Part shown: piece by piece, positions 17,660 through 25,631 of the stretch | How positions within the stretch are numbered: the first letter of the stretch is position 1 | How the letters are laid out: every line of letters starts with the position of its first letter | Translations under genes and position numbers: made by a program | Notes under the pieces: generated by a model | Told to the model about the DNA's origin: nothing | Databases searched by the model: none | What the model saw: the letters and a program-made list of their open reading frames with translations, nothing else | NCBI GenBank assembly: GCA_022865685.1 | Contig: JALHUB010000122.1 | Span: 1 to 40,062 of the forward strand | Direction of reading: 5' to 3' | Length of the DNA: 40,062 nucleotides | From: Dehalococcoidia bacterium | GTDB taxonomy: Bacteria > Chloroflexota > Dehalococcoidia > DSTF01 > JALHUB01

Positions 17660-17890
17660 AAAACCCCCCATCCACAGGGACGGAGGGCTGCTCCGCGGTA
17701 CCACCCCGCTTTCCCGGTCCGCCGTGGCGAAGCGGGACGCTCACTCGACGCTGTAACGGGCGCTACCGGCGCCGGCTACCGTCGTTCACCGGCGCTGCTC
17801 CCAGGCGAGTTCGGCCCCTGTTCGCCGGCTTGCACCACCCGCCGGCTCTCTGCGATCTACGGGCCTACTACTCCTGTTCACGGCAGTTCG
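17660..17890 (-). promoter_or_regulatory. T-box riboswitch leader, Leu specifier (CUC)
   Basis: Read on the minus strand, the leader contains these elements:
- a K-turn context (CTGC-CGTGAA-CAGG ... CCTG-GGA-GCAG);
- an AGAGAG bulge;
- a distal loop GGGTGGTGCAA;
- a specifier loop GAA-CTC-G (CTC at 17809..17807);
- an F-box CCGTTA;
- the T-box sequence AAAGCGGGGTGGTACCGCGG (17715..17693), whose UGGU is complementary to the ACCA end of the tRNA;
- a C-rich/G-rich hairpin followed by TTTT (17663..17660). Confidence 0.9.
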
Positions 17891-17902
17891 CGGATATGAG
17901 TC

Positions 17903-17976
17903 TGGTGGAGCTGGGGGGATTCGAACCCCCTACCTGTCGCCTAAGGCGACCGCTCCACAGATCGAGCTACAGCCCA
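17903..17976 (-). tRNA. tRNA-Ala-derived tRNA-like gene with a non-canonical anticodon arm (74 nt); function or pseudogene status unresolved
   Basis: The sequence is TGGGCTG TA GCTC GATCTGTG GAGC G GTCGC CTTAG GCGAC AGGTA GGGGG TTCGAAT CCCCC CAGCTCC A CCA. The 3' 33 nt are identical to the neighbouring tRNA-Ala. G3:U70 is kept. Position 1:72 is a U.C mismatch, the D-loop has no GG, and the anticodon arm is 2 nt short. Confidence 0.55.
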
Positions 17977-17983
17977 AGAGTAA

Positions 17984-18059
17984 TGGTGGAGCTGGGGGGA
18001 TTCGAACCCCCTACCTATTGCCTGCCAGGCAATCGCTCTCCCGATTGAGCTACAGCCCC
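17984..18059 (-). tRNA. tRNA-Ala (anticodon GGC), CCA encoded
   Basis: The sequence is GGGGCTG TA GCTC AATCGGGA GAGC G ATTGC CTGGCAG GCAAT AGGTA GGGGG TTCGAAT CCCCC CAGCTCC A CCA. It has the G3:U70 Ala identity pair and a canonical cloverleaf. Confidence 0.92.
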
Positions 18060-18073
18060 ACCCCCAAACGTCC

Positions 18074-18102
18074 AGTTTAGCGGAGAATCGTCGCCATCGC
18101 AA
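18074..18102 (-). promoter_or_regulatory. candidate sigma70 promoter upstream of tRNA-Ala
   Basis: The minus strand reads TTGCGA (18102..18097), a 17-nt spacer, then TAAACT (18079..18074). The -10 ends 14 nt before the mature tRNA 5' end. Confidence 0.45.
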
Positions 18103-18123
18103 GCGCGAAGGCTCATCACACGC

Positions 18124-18153
18124 TTGACACTCGGTGCGGCTCTGCCCGATCAT
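18124..18153 (+). promoter_or_regulatory. candidate promoter for the CoA-transferase gene
   Basis: TTGACA (18124..18129), an 18-nt spacer, then GATCAT (18148..18153). The track's TTG start coincides with the -35 element, which supports the downstream ATG at 18187. Confidence 0.3.
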
Positions 18154-18186
18154 CGCCTCGCAACCCAAACTCCGGAGGTCCGCCTT

Positions 18187-19377
18187 ATGATGCCGCTCGA
18201 AGGAACACGCGTCCTCGATCTCTCCCGACTCGCGCCCGGCCCCTTCTGCACGATGCTCCTCGGCGACCTCGGCGCCGACGTCATCGTCGTCGAAGCACCG
18301 CCAGAGCACCTGCACGGGACGCTGAGCGCCGACCAGATGATCGACCCCGGCTCCCTGGAACGCGCCCGCGCCTACAACGCCCTCGGACGCAACAAGCGCA
18401 GCATCGTCCTCAACCTGCGCGACGAGACCGCCCGCGACGTCTTCTACCGGCTCGCGAAGACCGCCGACGTCGTCCTTGAAGGCTTTCGCCCCGGCGTCGT
18501 AAAGCGCCTGGGGGTCGACTACGAGACGCTGCGCGGCGTCAACCCGCGCCTCGTCTACTGCTCGCTCTCCGGCTACGGCCAGGATGGCCCCTATTCGGCG
18601 ATCGTCGGCCACGACATCAACTACATCGCGATGAACGGCATGCTGGACATGATCGGCTGGCAGGGCGAGCCGCCGGGAATCCCCCTCAACGTCATCGCCG
18701 ACTACGCGGCCGGCGGACTGCACGCCGCCTATGCCATCCTCGCGGCGCTGCTGGCGCGCGACAGGACGGGCCGCGGCCAGTACCTCGACATCGCCATGTC
18801 CGACGGTGTCATGTACCTGCGGGCCGTCGCCCTCTCGCATTACTTCGCGAGCGGCGAGGTGACGCGTCGCGGCGAAGGGATGCTGAACGGCGGCGTCCCC
18901 TACTACAACGTCTACGAGACGAAGGACGGCGGCTGGCTGAGCGTCGGCTGCCTGGAGCCACACTTCTTCGCCAACCTCTGCCGCGCCCTCGACTGCGACG
19001 ATCTGGTACCCTTCCAGCACGACCCGTCGCATCGCGCCGAGGTGTTCGACCGCTTCCGGGACCGCTTCCTCTCGAAGACCCGTGACGAGTGGGTCGCGCT
19101 GCTGAAGGGTGTCGATGTCTGCGTCGCGCCTGTGCAGTCACTGGCGGAGGCCGCTGCGGACGCGCACAATCACTATCGAGGGATGGTCGTCGAGGTGGAG
19201 CATCCGGCGCTGGGGAAAGTGCTGCAGGTAGGCGTAGCGACGAAGCTGTCAGACACGCCGGGCCGCGTGCGCCACACCGCACCGCGTCCCGGGCAGCACA
19301 CCGACGAGGTGCTGTCGCAGCTAGGGGTTAGCGCACCCGAGATCACGGCCCTTCGCCAAGCAGGGGCGATACGCTAG
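18187..19377 (+). CDS. family III CoA-transferase (CaiB/BaiF / alpha-methylacyl-CoA racemase-like)
   Basis: MMPLEGTRVLDLSRLAPGPFCTMLLGDLGADVIVVE is the canonical family III N-terminus. GGAGG lies 8 nt upstream of the ATG at 18187. Confidence 0.85.
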   Translation: MMPLEGTRVLDLSRLAPGPFCTMLLGDLGADVIVVEAPPEHLHGTLSADQMIDPGSLERARAYNALGRNKRSIVLNLRDETARDVFYRLAKTADVVLEGFRPGVVKRLGVDYETLRGVNPRLVYCSLSGYGQDGPYSAIVGHDINYIAMNGMLDMIGWQGEPPGIPLNVIADYAAGGLHAAYAILAALLARDRTGRGQYLDIAMSDGVMYLRAVALSHYFASGEVTRRGEGMLNGGVPYYNVYETKDGGWLSVGCLEPHFFANLCRALDCDDLVPFQHDPSHRAEVFDRFRDRFLSKTRDEWVALLKGVDVCVAPVQSLAEAAADAHNHYRGMVVEVEHPALGKVLQVGVATKLSDTPGRVRHTAPRPGQHTDEVLSQLGVSAPEITALRQAGAIR

Positions 19378-19452
19378 CTTGCAGGACGACCTCTGCCCGA
19401 ATCTGGTCAACAGCGCGCATCGGGCGCCGGTGAGCCGCTATGCTTGCGACGC

Positions 19453-20091
19453 CTATGTTCCCAGGGAGAAAATGAATATGCCGGGAGCGTAGGTGTTTAT
19501 CGATAGGTCTCCGCCCCTGCTGATGCTGACGTCGCCCGTCAGCACCGTCAGCACGATCGCCCAAACGGCGAACCCGGCGATGCTGGCCACCAGCACCTTC
19601 GCGGGCGGCGCGTTTGTCGCCGCTTGTGCTGCCATGGTGCTCAGGCCGAAGAACAGCGCCACCGACGCCAGGGCGATGCCAAAGCTAATACCCGGAATGA
19701 ACATGAGAATGGTCAGCCCCAGCGGCGCGGCGGCCATGCCCATGGTCCGCACGAGCTGCTGCACGTCGGCCTGCGCGCGGAACACCTGCGTCAGGATGAC
19801 GTAGACCAGCAACACCCACACGACCCACATGGCGATGGCGAAGATGCTGCCCAGAATTGCCGACTTAATGAGCACCTGGCCTGACCCCGTGTCGAAGTCC
19901 GATGACATGACCCACCAGAGCCATCCTCCGAATCCGGCAAGGAACGTGGCGACGACCGCCACAATCACGGAGGGCACGGTCGCGGAGGCGTCGAGGCGCA
20001 CCTCGTCAAACACCGTGGTGTCGAGGCGCGCCAGCCGCACAAGCCTGTTCACAAGGCCCTGCATGTCGGCTTGACTGACGTTCATATTCAT
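19453..20091 (-). CDS. Yip1-domain-like integral membrane protein
   Basis: The product is 212 aa. A cytoplasmic N-terminus (LVRLARLDTTVFDEV) is followed by about five TM helices, the typical Yip1/YIF1-like layout. Confidence 0.6.
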   Translation of the reverse strand: MNMNVSQADMQGLVNRLVRLARLDTTVFDEVRLDASATVPSVIVAVVATFLAGFGGWLWWVMSSDFDTGSGQVLIKSAILGSIFAIAMWVVWVLLVYVILTQVFRAQADVQQLVRTMGMAAAPLGLTILMFIPGISFGIALASVALFFGLSTMAAQAATNAPPAKVLVASIAGFAVWAIVLTVLTGDVSISRGGDLSINTYAPGIFIFSLGT

Positions 20092-20277
20092 GTGTCTTTT
20101 CCTCGCCTTTCGCGCTTATCGCGTCTTGCGACGCGCGTTACCCGTTCCAGCTTGAATATCGGATTTGTTGCCTTCTCCTTTCGCTGGCGCTACCGACGGC
20201 AAGGATCATAGCAGAGCCCCTGACGAAGGGAACTCGGGGGAACCCCTAACCTGTCATATCACAATATCAATTGTATG

Positions 20278-21006
20278 TCAATGGGGTCGCTTCTTCGGGA
20301 TTCCCGCGCGACGGGGATAGCGCGCCGGCGTCCGGGCCACTTTGCGGACGAGCACCAGGCGCTGGCTGTGGACGCCGCCCGGGACCTTCAGCGGCTCGCT
20401 CGATACGATTCCGCCGCCAAGCACGTCCAGGGCCCGCTCCGACGCCGCGATCTCGCGCAGTGTGCCGCTTCCCTTCGGCGCCGCGATATGTCCGCCGGCG
20501 CGAAGGAAGGGCAACGTCAGCTCCAGCAGCACGGGCAGAGGCGCCACCGCCCGCGCCAGCACGACGTCGAAGCGCTCGCGGTGGGCGGGGTCGCGGCCGG
20601 CGTCTTCCGCCCGCGCGGTGACGACCTCGACACCGTCGATTCCCAGTGACCGGAGCAGCTCTCGGAGGAAGGCGGTGGTGCGCTCGCGCGCGTCGAGGAA
20701 GGTGAGGCGCAGTTGCGGCAGGAGTATCTTGATCGGCAGGCCGGGGAAGCCGCCGCCGGTGCCGACGTCGATCACTCGCCATTCGGATGTCTTCTCGATG
20801 ACGCCTGCGTCGAGCAATGCCTTCGCCACAGACAGCGACTCGATGAAGTGTCGCTGCTCGACGCGCTCCCTCGTGGCGATGGCGGTGACGCCGGCGCGTC
20901 GCCCGGCCGAAAGGAGCGAGACGGCGTAGCGGTCGAACAGGCGCAACTGCTCGGCGGTCAGGTCGAGACCGAGTTCGCTGACGCCGCGGGCGAGGATGGT
21001 GGGCAC
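20278..21006 (-). CDS. rsmG: 16S rRNA (guanine527-N7)-methyltransferase
   Basis: VIDVGTGGGFPGLPIKI is the SAM-binding motif. The length and overall pattern match GidB/RsmG. Confidence 0.88.
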   Translation of the reverse strand: MPTILARGVSELGLDLTAEQLRLFDRYAVSLLSAGRRAGVTAIATRERVEQRHFIESLSVAKALLDAGVIEKTSEWRVIDVGTGGGFPGLPIKILLPQLRLTFLDARERTTAFLRELLRSLGIDGVEVVTARAEDAGRDPAHRERFDVVLARAVAPLPVLLELTLPFLRAGGHIAAPKGSGTLREIAASERALDVLGGGIVSSEPLKVPGGVHSQRLVLVRKVARTPARYPRRAGIPKKRPH

Positions 21007-21065
21007 GATCGGTCTCCCAAGTCCGGCCGATTATAGCACGGGCTCGAATCGCATTTCTCGACGCC

Positions 21066-21080
21066 TCCGCCTCAGGCGGA
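21066..21080. repeat. short palindromic element TCCGCC-TCA-GGCGGA, also present at 32920..32934
   Basis: An identical 15-mer occurs in two unrelated intergenic regions of the window. Confidence 0.5.
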
Positions 21081-21261
21081 CGCATTGCGCCAGGCATCAC
21101 GTCGCTCGACGCAACAGGCGCGTGACGTTGCGCCGGGCTCCATCGACCCCTCGCGACGGCGGTGTGACGTGCGCTGATCGCGCTCCCGTCGCGCGACTCG
21201 CATTTCGCTCGTCGCGCCGCTACCATCGACGGGTTCCTGATCGCGATCGAGTCTCGCCAAT

Positions 21262-21290
21262 TTGACACCCTTCTGAAAGCCCCCTAAAAT
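21262..21290 (+). promoter_or_regulatory. near-consensus sigma70 promoter for the GreA-like fusion gene
   Basis: TTGACA (21262..21267), a 17-nt spacer, then TAAAAT (21285..21290). GGAGGGGG follows, then the ATG at 21308. Confidence 0.55.
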
Positions 21291-21307
21291 CGGATTCCGG
21301 AGGGGGC

Positions 21308-22114
21308 ATGACGATTCCAGAGGAAACGCCGACTTTACGGGAAGCAGCGGAGATGTTCCTCGCCGGGCTGCCGTCGGACGAGCGGAAAGACGGCCAGGCG
21401 GAGGTCCACCGCTTCGTCCGCTGGTACGGGACCGAACGCCGCCTCTCCGAACTGAACAGCCACGAGGTCTCGAAGTACCCCGAAAGCCTCGGCGTCACCC
21501 TCGCCGACGCCGCCCGCAAGCTCGAACCCGTCCGGTCCTTTCTCGCCTTCGCCAAGAAGAAGGGCTTCACCGCGACGAACATGGCCGTCCAGATCCGCCC
21601 GCCCAAGCCCACGAAGGCGATCAAGACGCCGCGGCGGCTTGTCATGCAAGTGCCCGAAGCCCTGACCCGTGAAGGCATCGCCGCCCTGGAGGCCGAGCTC
21701 GAAGAGCTCCGTTCGCGCCGGCCGGTCCTTGCCGGCGAGCTCCAACGCGCCATGTCCGACAAGGACTTCCGCGAGAACGCGCCCCTCGATGCCCTCCGTG
21801 ACCAGCAGGGCCACCTGGAGTCGCGCATCCGCGACATCGAAGCCGCGCTCCACAACGCCGTCGTCGTCGAGAAGGCGAACGCCGCCAGGACGGAGGTTGA
21901 ACTGGGGAGCACCGTCCACCTGCGCAATCTCAAGTCCGGCGCCTCCCTGAAATACACCGTCGTCAGCCCGCGCGAAGTGAACCCCGCCGAGGGCAAAATA
22001 TCGATCGCTTCGCCCATGGGCCGCGCCCTCGTCGCCAGGAGACAGGGCGAGGACGTGGAGGTCTCGGCGCCTGCGGGCTCGCTCCGCTTCCGAATCGAGA
22101 AGATCGAAGCCTAG
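21308..22114 (+). CDS. GreA/GreB-family factor with an extra N-terminal domain of about 100 aa resembling a tyrosine-recombinase core-binding (SAM-like) domain
   Basis: The C-terminal 165 aa (LTREGIAALEAELEELRSRRPVLAGELQRAMSDKDFRENAPLDALRDQQGHLESRIRDIE ... GKISIASPMGRALVARRQGEDVEV) is GreA-like. The N-terminus (REAAEMFLAGL...HRFVRWYG...LSELNSHEVSKY...LEPVRSFLAFAKKKGF) follows the integrase N-domain pattern. Confidence 0.7.
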   Translation: MTIPEETPTLREAAEMFLAGLPSDERKDGQAEVHRFVRWYGTERRLSELNSHEVSKYPESLGVTLADAARKLEPVRSFLAFAKKKGFTATNMAVQIRPPKPTKAIKTPRRLVMQVPEALTREGIAALEAELEELRSRRPVLAGELQRAMSDKDFRENAPLDALRDQQGHLESRIRDIEAALHNAVVVEKANAARTEVELGSTVHLRNLKSGASLKYTVVSPREVNPAEGKISIASPMGRALVARRQGEDVEVSAPAGSLRFRIEKIEA

Positions 22115-22260
22115 AGCTCGCTTCCCGGCGCAACGGCGCCGAGTCGTGCCGCAGGCGTCCGGCGCCGGTTCTGGCTTTCATTCGGGATATGTGATAGTAT
22201 TCACATTCATTGGGGAAGGGTGATGGGTCTGTCATCCGCCGCGTGTTTGGGAGAACAATC

Positions 22261-23406
22261 ATGACCACGAAGATCGAGCACGAGTTCATACCGGGTCTGG
22301 CGGGCGTTCCTGTCATCAAGTCCAAGATCAGCGACATCGACGGCCACCGCGGCATCCTCAAGCTGCGCGGCTACACGATCCAGGACCTCGCCGAGCACAG
22401 CACTTTCGAAGAGACGGCGTACCTCGTGCTCAAGGGTGAACTGCCGACGCGCAAGCAGCTCGAGGCCTTCAAGAACGAGCTTGCCGCACACCGCATTGTC
22501 GAACCGACGATCCTCGACCTCGTCAAGCTCTTCCCCAAGACTGCCCACCCCATGTCGGCGCTCCAGACCGGCGTGGCAGCCATGGGTCTCTTCCACCCTC
22601 GCAACACCGACGACGAAGAGACGAACCACCAGGCGACGGTCCGCCTAATCGCCCAGGTCCCGACCATCCTCGCCGCCTTTCAGAACGTGCGCCAGGGGAA
22701 AGACCCTATCCCGCCGCTGGACGACCTCAGCCACTCGGCGAACTTCCTCTACATGATCAACGGCGAGCTTCCGGACCCGCTCGTCGAGAAGATCTTCGAC
22801 GTTTGCCTGATCCTGCACATCGAGCACACCGTCAACGCCTCCACGTTCACGTCGATGGTCGCCTGCTCGACGCTCGCCGACCCCTACAGCACCGTCGCCG
22901 CAGCCATCGCCTCGCTGAGCGGCCCCCTGCACGGCGGGGCCAACGAGCGCGTCCTGCGCATGCTCCAGGAGATCGGCTCCGTCGAGAACGCCAGGGCGGT
23001 GATGGAGGAGAAGATAGCCCGCAAGCAGGTCATATTCGGCCTGGGCCATCGCGAATACAAGACGATGGACCCCCGCGCCACCATTCTCAAGGGTCTGTGC
23101 GCACCCCTGTTCGACAAGTTCGGCTGCACGCCCCTCTACGACATCGCCGTGGAAGTGGAGAAGGTAGCGATAGATATGCTCGGCCCTCGTGGCATCTGGC
23201 CGAACGTCGACTTCTACTCCGGCATCGTCTACGACATGATGGGCATCCCAGTCGACCTCTTCACGCCCGTCTTCGCCGTCTCCCGCGTCGCCGGCTGGGT
23301 GGCGCACTGGGCGGAACAGCTCAGCGACAACAAGATCTTCCGGCCGACACAGATCTACGAGGGAGAGGACACCCGCCCCTACGTGCCCCTCGGCGCCCGC
23401 AGCTAG
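22261..23406 (+). CDS. gltA: citrate synthase (small type II / 2-methylcitrate synthase-like)
   Basis: FIPGLAGVPVIKSKISDIDG..., HIEHTVNAST, GPLHGGANE, GLGHREYKTMDPRA and VSRVAGWVAHW are present. I chose the ATG at 22261 because GGGAGAA lies upstream. Confidence 0.9.
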   Translation: MTTKIEHEFIPGLAGVPVIKSKISDIDGHRGILKLRGYTIQDLAEHSTFEETAYLVLKGELPTRKQLEAFKNELAAHRIVEPTILDLVKLFPKTAHPMSALQTGVAAMGLFHPRNTDDEETNHQATVRLIAQVPTILAAFQNVRQGKDPIPPLDDLSHSANFLYMINGELPDPLVEKIFDVCLILHIEHTVNASTFTSMVACSTLADPYSTVAAAIASLSGPLHGGANERVLRMLQEIGSVENARAVMEEKIARKQVIFGLGHREYKTMDPRATILKGLCAPLFDKFGCTPLYDIAVEVEKVAIDMLGPRGIWPNVDFYSGIVYDMMGIPVDLFTPVFAVSRVAGWVAHWAEQLSDNKIFRPTQIYEGEDTRPYVPLGARS

Positions 23407-23485
23407 CAATTCATCTTGGGGTTGAATGGCCAGCAGAGCGGGTCGATACTGAAGAGGCGCTTGTCGCGAAGACCAGGAGGGTCGA

Positions 23486-23764
23486 GTGAGAAGGATTGCT
23501 CTCCTCGGCGATGAGACGAAGGTCGCGTGCGTTTCCGCCCTCTGCCTGATCGCCTTGACCATCGTCCTCAAGAACGTCTTGCACGTCCCCGCAGCCGTCC
23601 TGTCGCGCGACATCATCGTGTTCATCATCATCTACTCCGGCTTCTGGCTGCTGCCCTCAATCAGCGCCCGGCGCGAGAAGAAATCGAGATTCGAGACGCC
23701 GCTCTTCTGGGGCCTGATGATTGCGGCCGTCACTCTTGCCATCATTGCCGTGTATGCCATCTGA
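23486..23764 (+). CDS. small hypothetical membrane protein (3 TM helices)
   Basis: AGGAGGG lies 4 nt upstream of the GTG start. Codons are GC3-rich and the segments are hydrophobic. Confidence 0.5.
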   Translation: MRRIALLGDETKVACVSALCLIALTIVLKNVLHVPAAVLSRDIIVFIIIYSGFWLLPSISARREKKSRFETPLFWGLMIAAVTLAIIAVYAI

Positions 23765-23884
23765 TCCCGCCGGGTCGCGCCGCCGCTGACCGATACCGGC
23801 ACCGACGGGCTTAGCGACGCCTTGACCGCGCTCGATGTAACAGGCTAATCTCAGCACAGAGACAGGTTCGAAGACGAGAGGGAT

Positions 23885-25615
23885 ATGCCGGGCCTGCGCG
23901 TCGGCCTCGCCCAGATCAACGTCACCGTCGGCGACCTCAAGGGAAACGTTGCCAAGATACTGGCCTGCGTCGAAGAGGCGCGGTCCCTGGCGGTGGACCT
24001 GCTCACCTTCCCCGAGCTTGCCGTCGCAGGCTATCCACCGGAAGACCTCCTCCTTCGCCCGCAGTTCGTCCGCGACAACCTCGATGCCCTCGACACCGTC
24101 GTCAAGGGGAGTGCCGGCATCACCCTCATAGTCGGCTTCGTCGACGCCGAGGAGGACATTTACGACGCCGCCGCGATCATCCACGACGGCCACTTCGTCG
24201 ACGTCTATCGCAAGCAGTTCCTGCCCAACTACGGCGTCTTCGACGAAGACCGCTACTTCGAGCCGGGCAGCCGCTGCGCCGTCTACGAGATAGCGGGCGT
24301 CGGCGTCGGCGTGAACATCTGCGAGGACATCTGGTATCCGGAGGGCCCCGCGCAGGCGCAGGCCTACAACGGCGCGCAGGTCATAGTGAATATCAGCGCA
24401 TCACCCTTCCAGGCCGAGAAGCGCTTTTTCCGCGAGCGGATGCTCTCCACCCGCGCCAGCGACGCTGCTGCGATGCTCTGCTACAACAACCTGGTCGGCG
24501 GTCAGGACGAGCTGGTGTTCGACGGCAACAGCATGATCGTCGACCCGGAGGGCGAGATCATCGGCCGTGCCCGCTCATTCGAAGAAGACCTCCTTGTCTG
24601 CGACCTCAACATGGACAAGGTGATGCAGGCGCGCCTGCACGCGCCTCGCCGCCGGAAGGAGCGGCCTGCGTTCTCCGGCGCTGTTCCGGAGAAGGTCCGC
24701 GTCTCGTCGAAGCCCTTTATCGCCGCCAAGCCGCCGCTGCCGCCGCATGACGTGACGCCGCTGGAAGGCGTCGCTGAGGTGTACGCCGCCCTCGTCGTGG
24801 GAACGCGCGATTACGTTCGCAAGAACGGCTTCGAGAAGGTCGTAATCGGGCTCTCCGGTGGCGTCGACTCCAGCCTCGTCGCCGTAATTGCCGTCGATGC
24901 CCTTGGCGCGGAGAACGTCGTCGGCGTATCGATGCCGTCGCGCTTCTCCTCGCCGGGGAGCCGCAGCGACGCCCAGGCGATCGCCGAGAACCTGGGCATT
25001 CGCCTCATCACGATCCCCATCGAAGAGGCATTTACCGCCTATTTGGGCATGCTCTCCGAGCCGTTCGCCGGCACCGAGTTCGGCATAGCGGAGGAGAACC
25101 TGCAAACGCGGGTCCGCGGCAACATCCTCATGGGGCTGTCCAACAAGTTCGGCTGGCTGGTGCTGGCGACCGGCAACAAGAGCGAGATGGCGACCGGCTA
25201 TTCGACCCTCTACGGCGACATGGCAGGCGGCTTCGCCTTGATCAGGGACGTGCCGAAGACGCTGGTCTACAAGCTGGTCGAGTACCGCAACGCCCGCGAC
25301 GGCAAGCCTGTGATCCCGCAGGCTGTGCTGGACAAAGTGCCCTCCGCCGAGCTGAAGCCGGGCCAGGCCGATACTGACACGCTGCCGCCGTACGACGTGC
25401 TCGACCCCATCCTCCAGGCCTACGTCGAGGAGGACAAGAGCCTGGCCGATCTCCTGGCCGCCGGCTTCGACGAAGAGACTATCAAGCGCGTGATCACGAT
25501 GGTCGACCGCAACGAGTACAAGCGACGGCAAGCGCCGCCCGGCGTCAAGATCACGCCCCGCGCCTTCGGCCGCGACCGCCGTCTGCCCATCGCCAACCGT
25601 TACCGCGGCTGGTAG
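23885..25615 (+). CDS. nadE: glutamine-dependent NAD+ synthetase (CN-hydrolase domain plus NAD synthetase domain)
   Basis: The 576-aa product has an N-terminal nitrilase-like domain and a C-terminal PP-loop (GLSGGVDSS). Confidence 0.92.
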   Translation: MPGLRVGLAQINVTVGDLKGNVAKILACVEEARSLAVDLLTFPELAVAGYPPEDLLLRPQFVRDNLDALDTVVKGSAGITLIVGFVDAEEDIYDAAAIIHDGHFVDVYRKQFLPNYGVFDEDRYFEPGSRCAVYEIAGVGVGVNICEDIWYPEGPAQAQAYNGAQVIVNISASPFQAEKRFFRERMLSTRASDAAAMLCYNNLVGGQDELVFDGNSMIVDPEGEIIGRARSFEEDLLVCDLNMDKVMQARLHAPRRRKERPAFSGAVPEKVRVSSKPFIAAKPPLPPHDVTPLEGVAEVYAALVVGTRDYVRKNGFEKVVIGLSGGVDSSLVAVIAVDALGAENVVGVSMPSRFSSPGSRSDAQAIAENLGIRLITIPIEEAFTAYLGMLSEPFAGTEFGIAEENLQTRVRGNILMGLSNKFGWLVLATGNKSEMATGYSTLYGDMAGGFALIRDVPKTLVYKLVEYRNARDGKPVIPQAVLDKVPSAELKPGQADTDTLPPYDVLDPILQAYVEEDKSLADLLAAGFDEETIKRVITMVDRNEYKRRQAPPGVKITPRAFGRDRRLPIANRYRGW

Positions 25616-25631
25616 CGGGCCGCGCCCACCG

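Noticed and set aside
17641-17900. I first considered an M-box (Mg) riboswitch because of the downstream mgtC. I then considered long-form SRP RNA (GGAGCAGCC-like strings, GGTGCAA loop) and a cobalamin riboswitch (GGTGAA...CCCGTTACAG).
   Set aside because: None of the three has its core consensus here: the M-box GTTAGGTGAGG, the SRP GGAA tetraloop with AGCA loop geometry, or the B12 box. All canonical T-box elements are present instead: the AG bulge, GGUGNRA-type distal loop, GAA-CUC specifier, F-box CCGUUA, GGGUGGUACCGCG and a terminator.
17903-17976. The tRNA-like gene as a UAA (anticodon UUA) suppressor, implying stop-codon reassignment.
   Set aside because: All genes in the window read through with the standard code, and none has an in-frame TAA. 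Position 33 would be C rather than the universal U. The C31-G39 pair would close the loop to 5 nt.
20092-20277. A possible riboswitch or structured 5' UTR upstream of the Yip1-like gene, containing a CGCGTC-GCAA-GACGCG GNRA hairpin.
   Set aside because: I could not match it to any riboswitch consensus I know. A single short hairpin is insufficient evidence.
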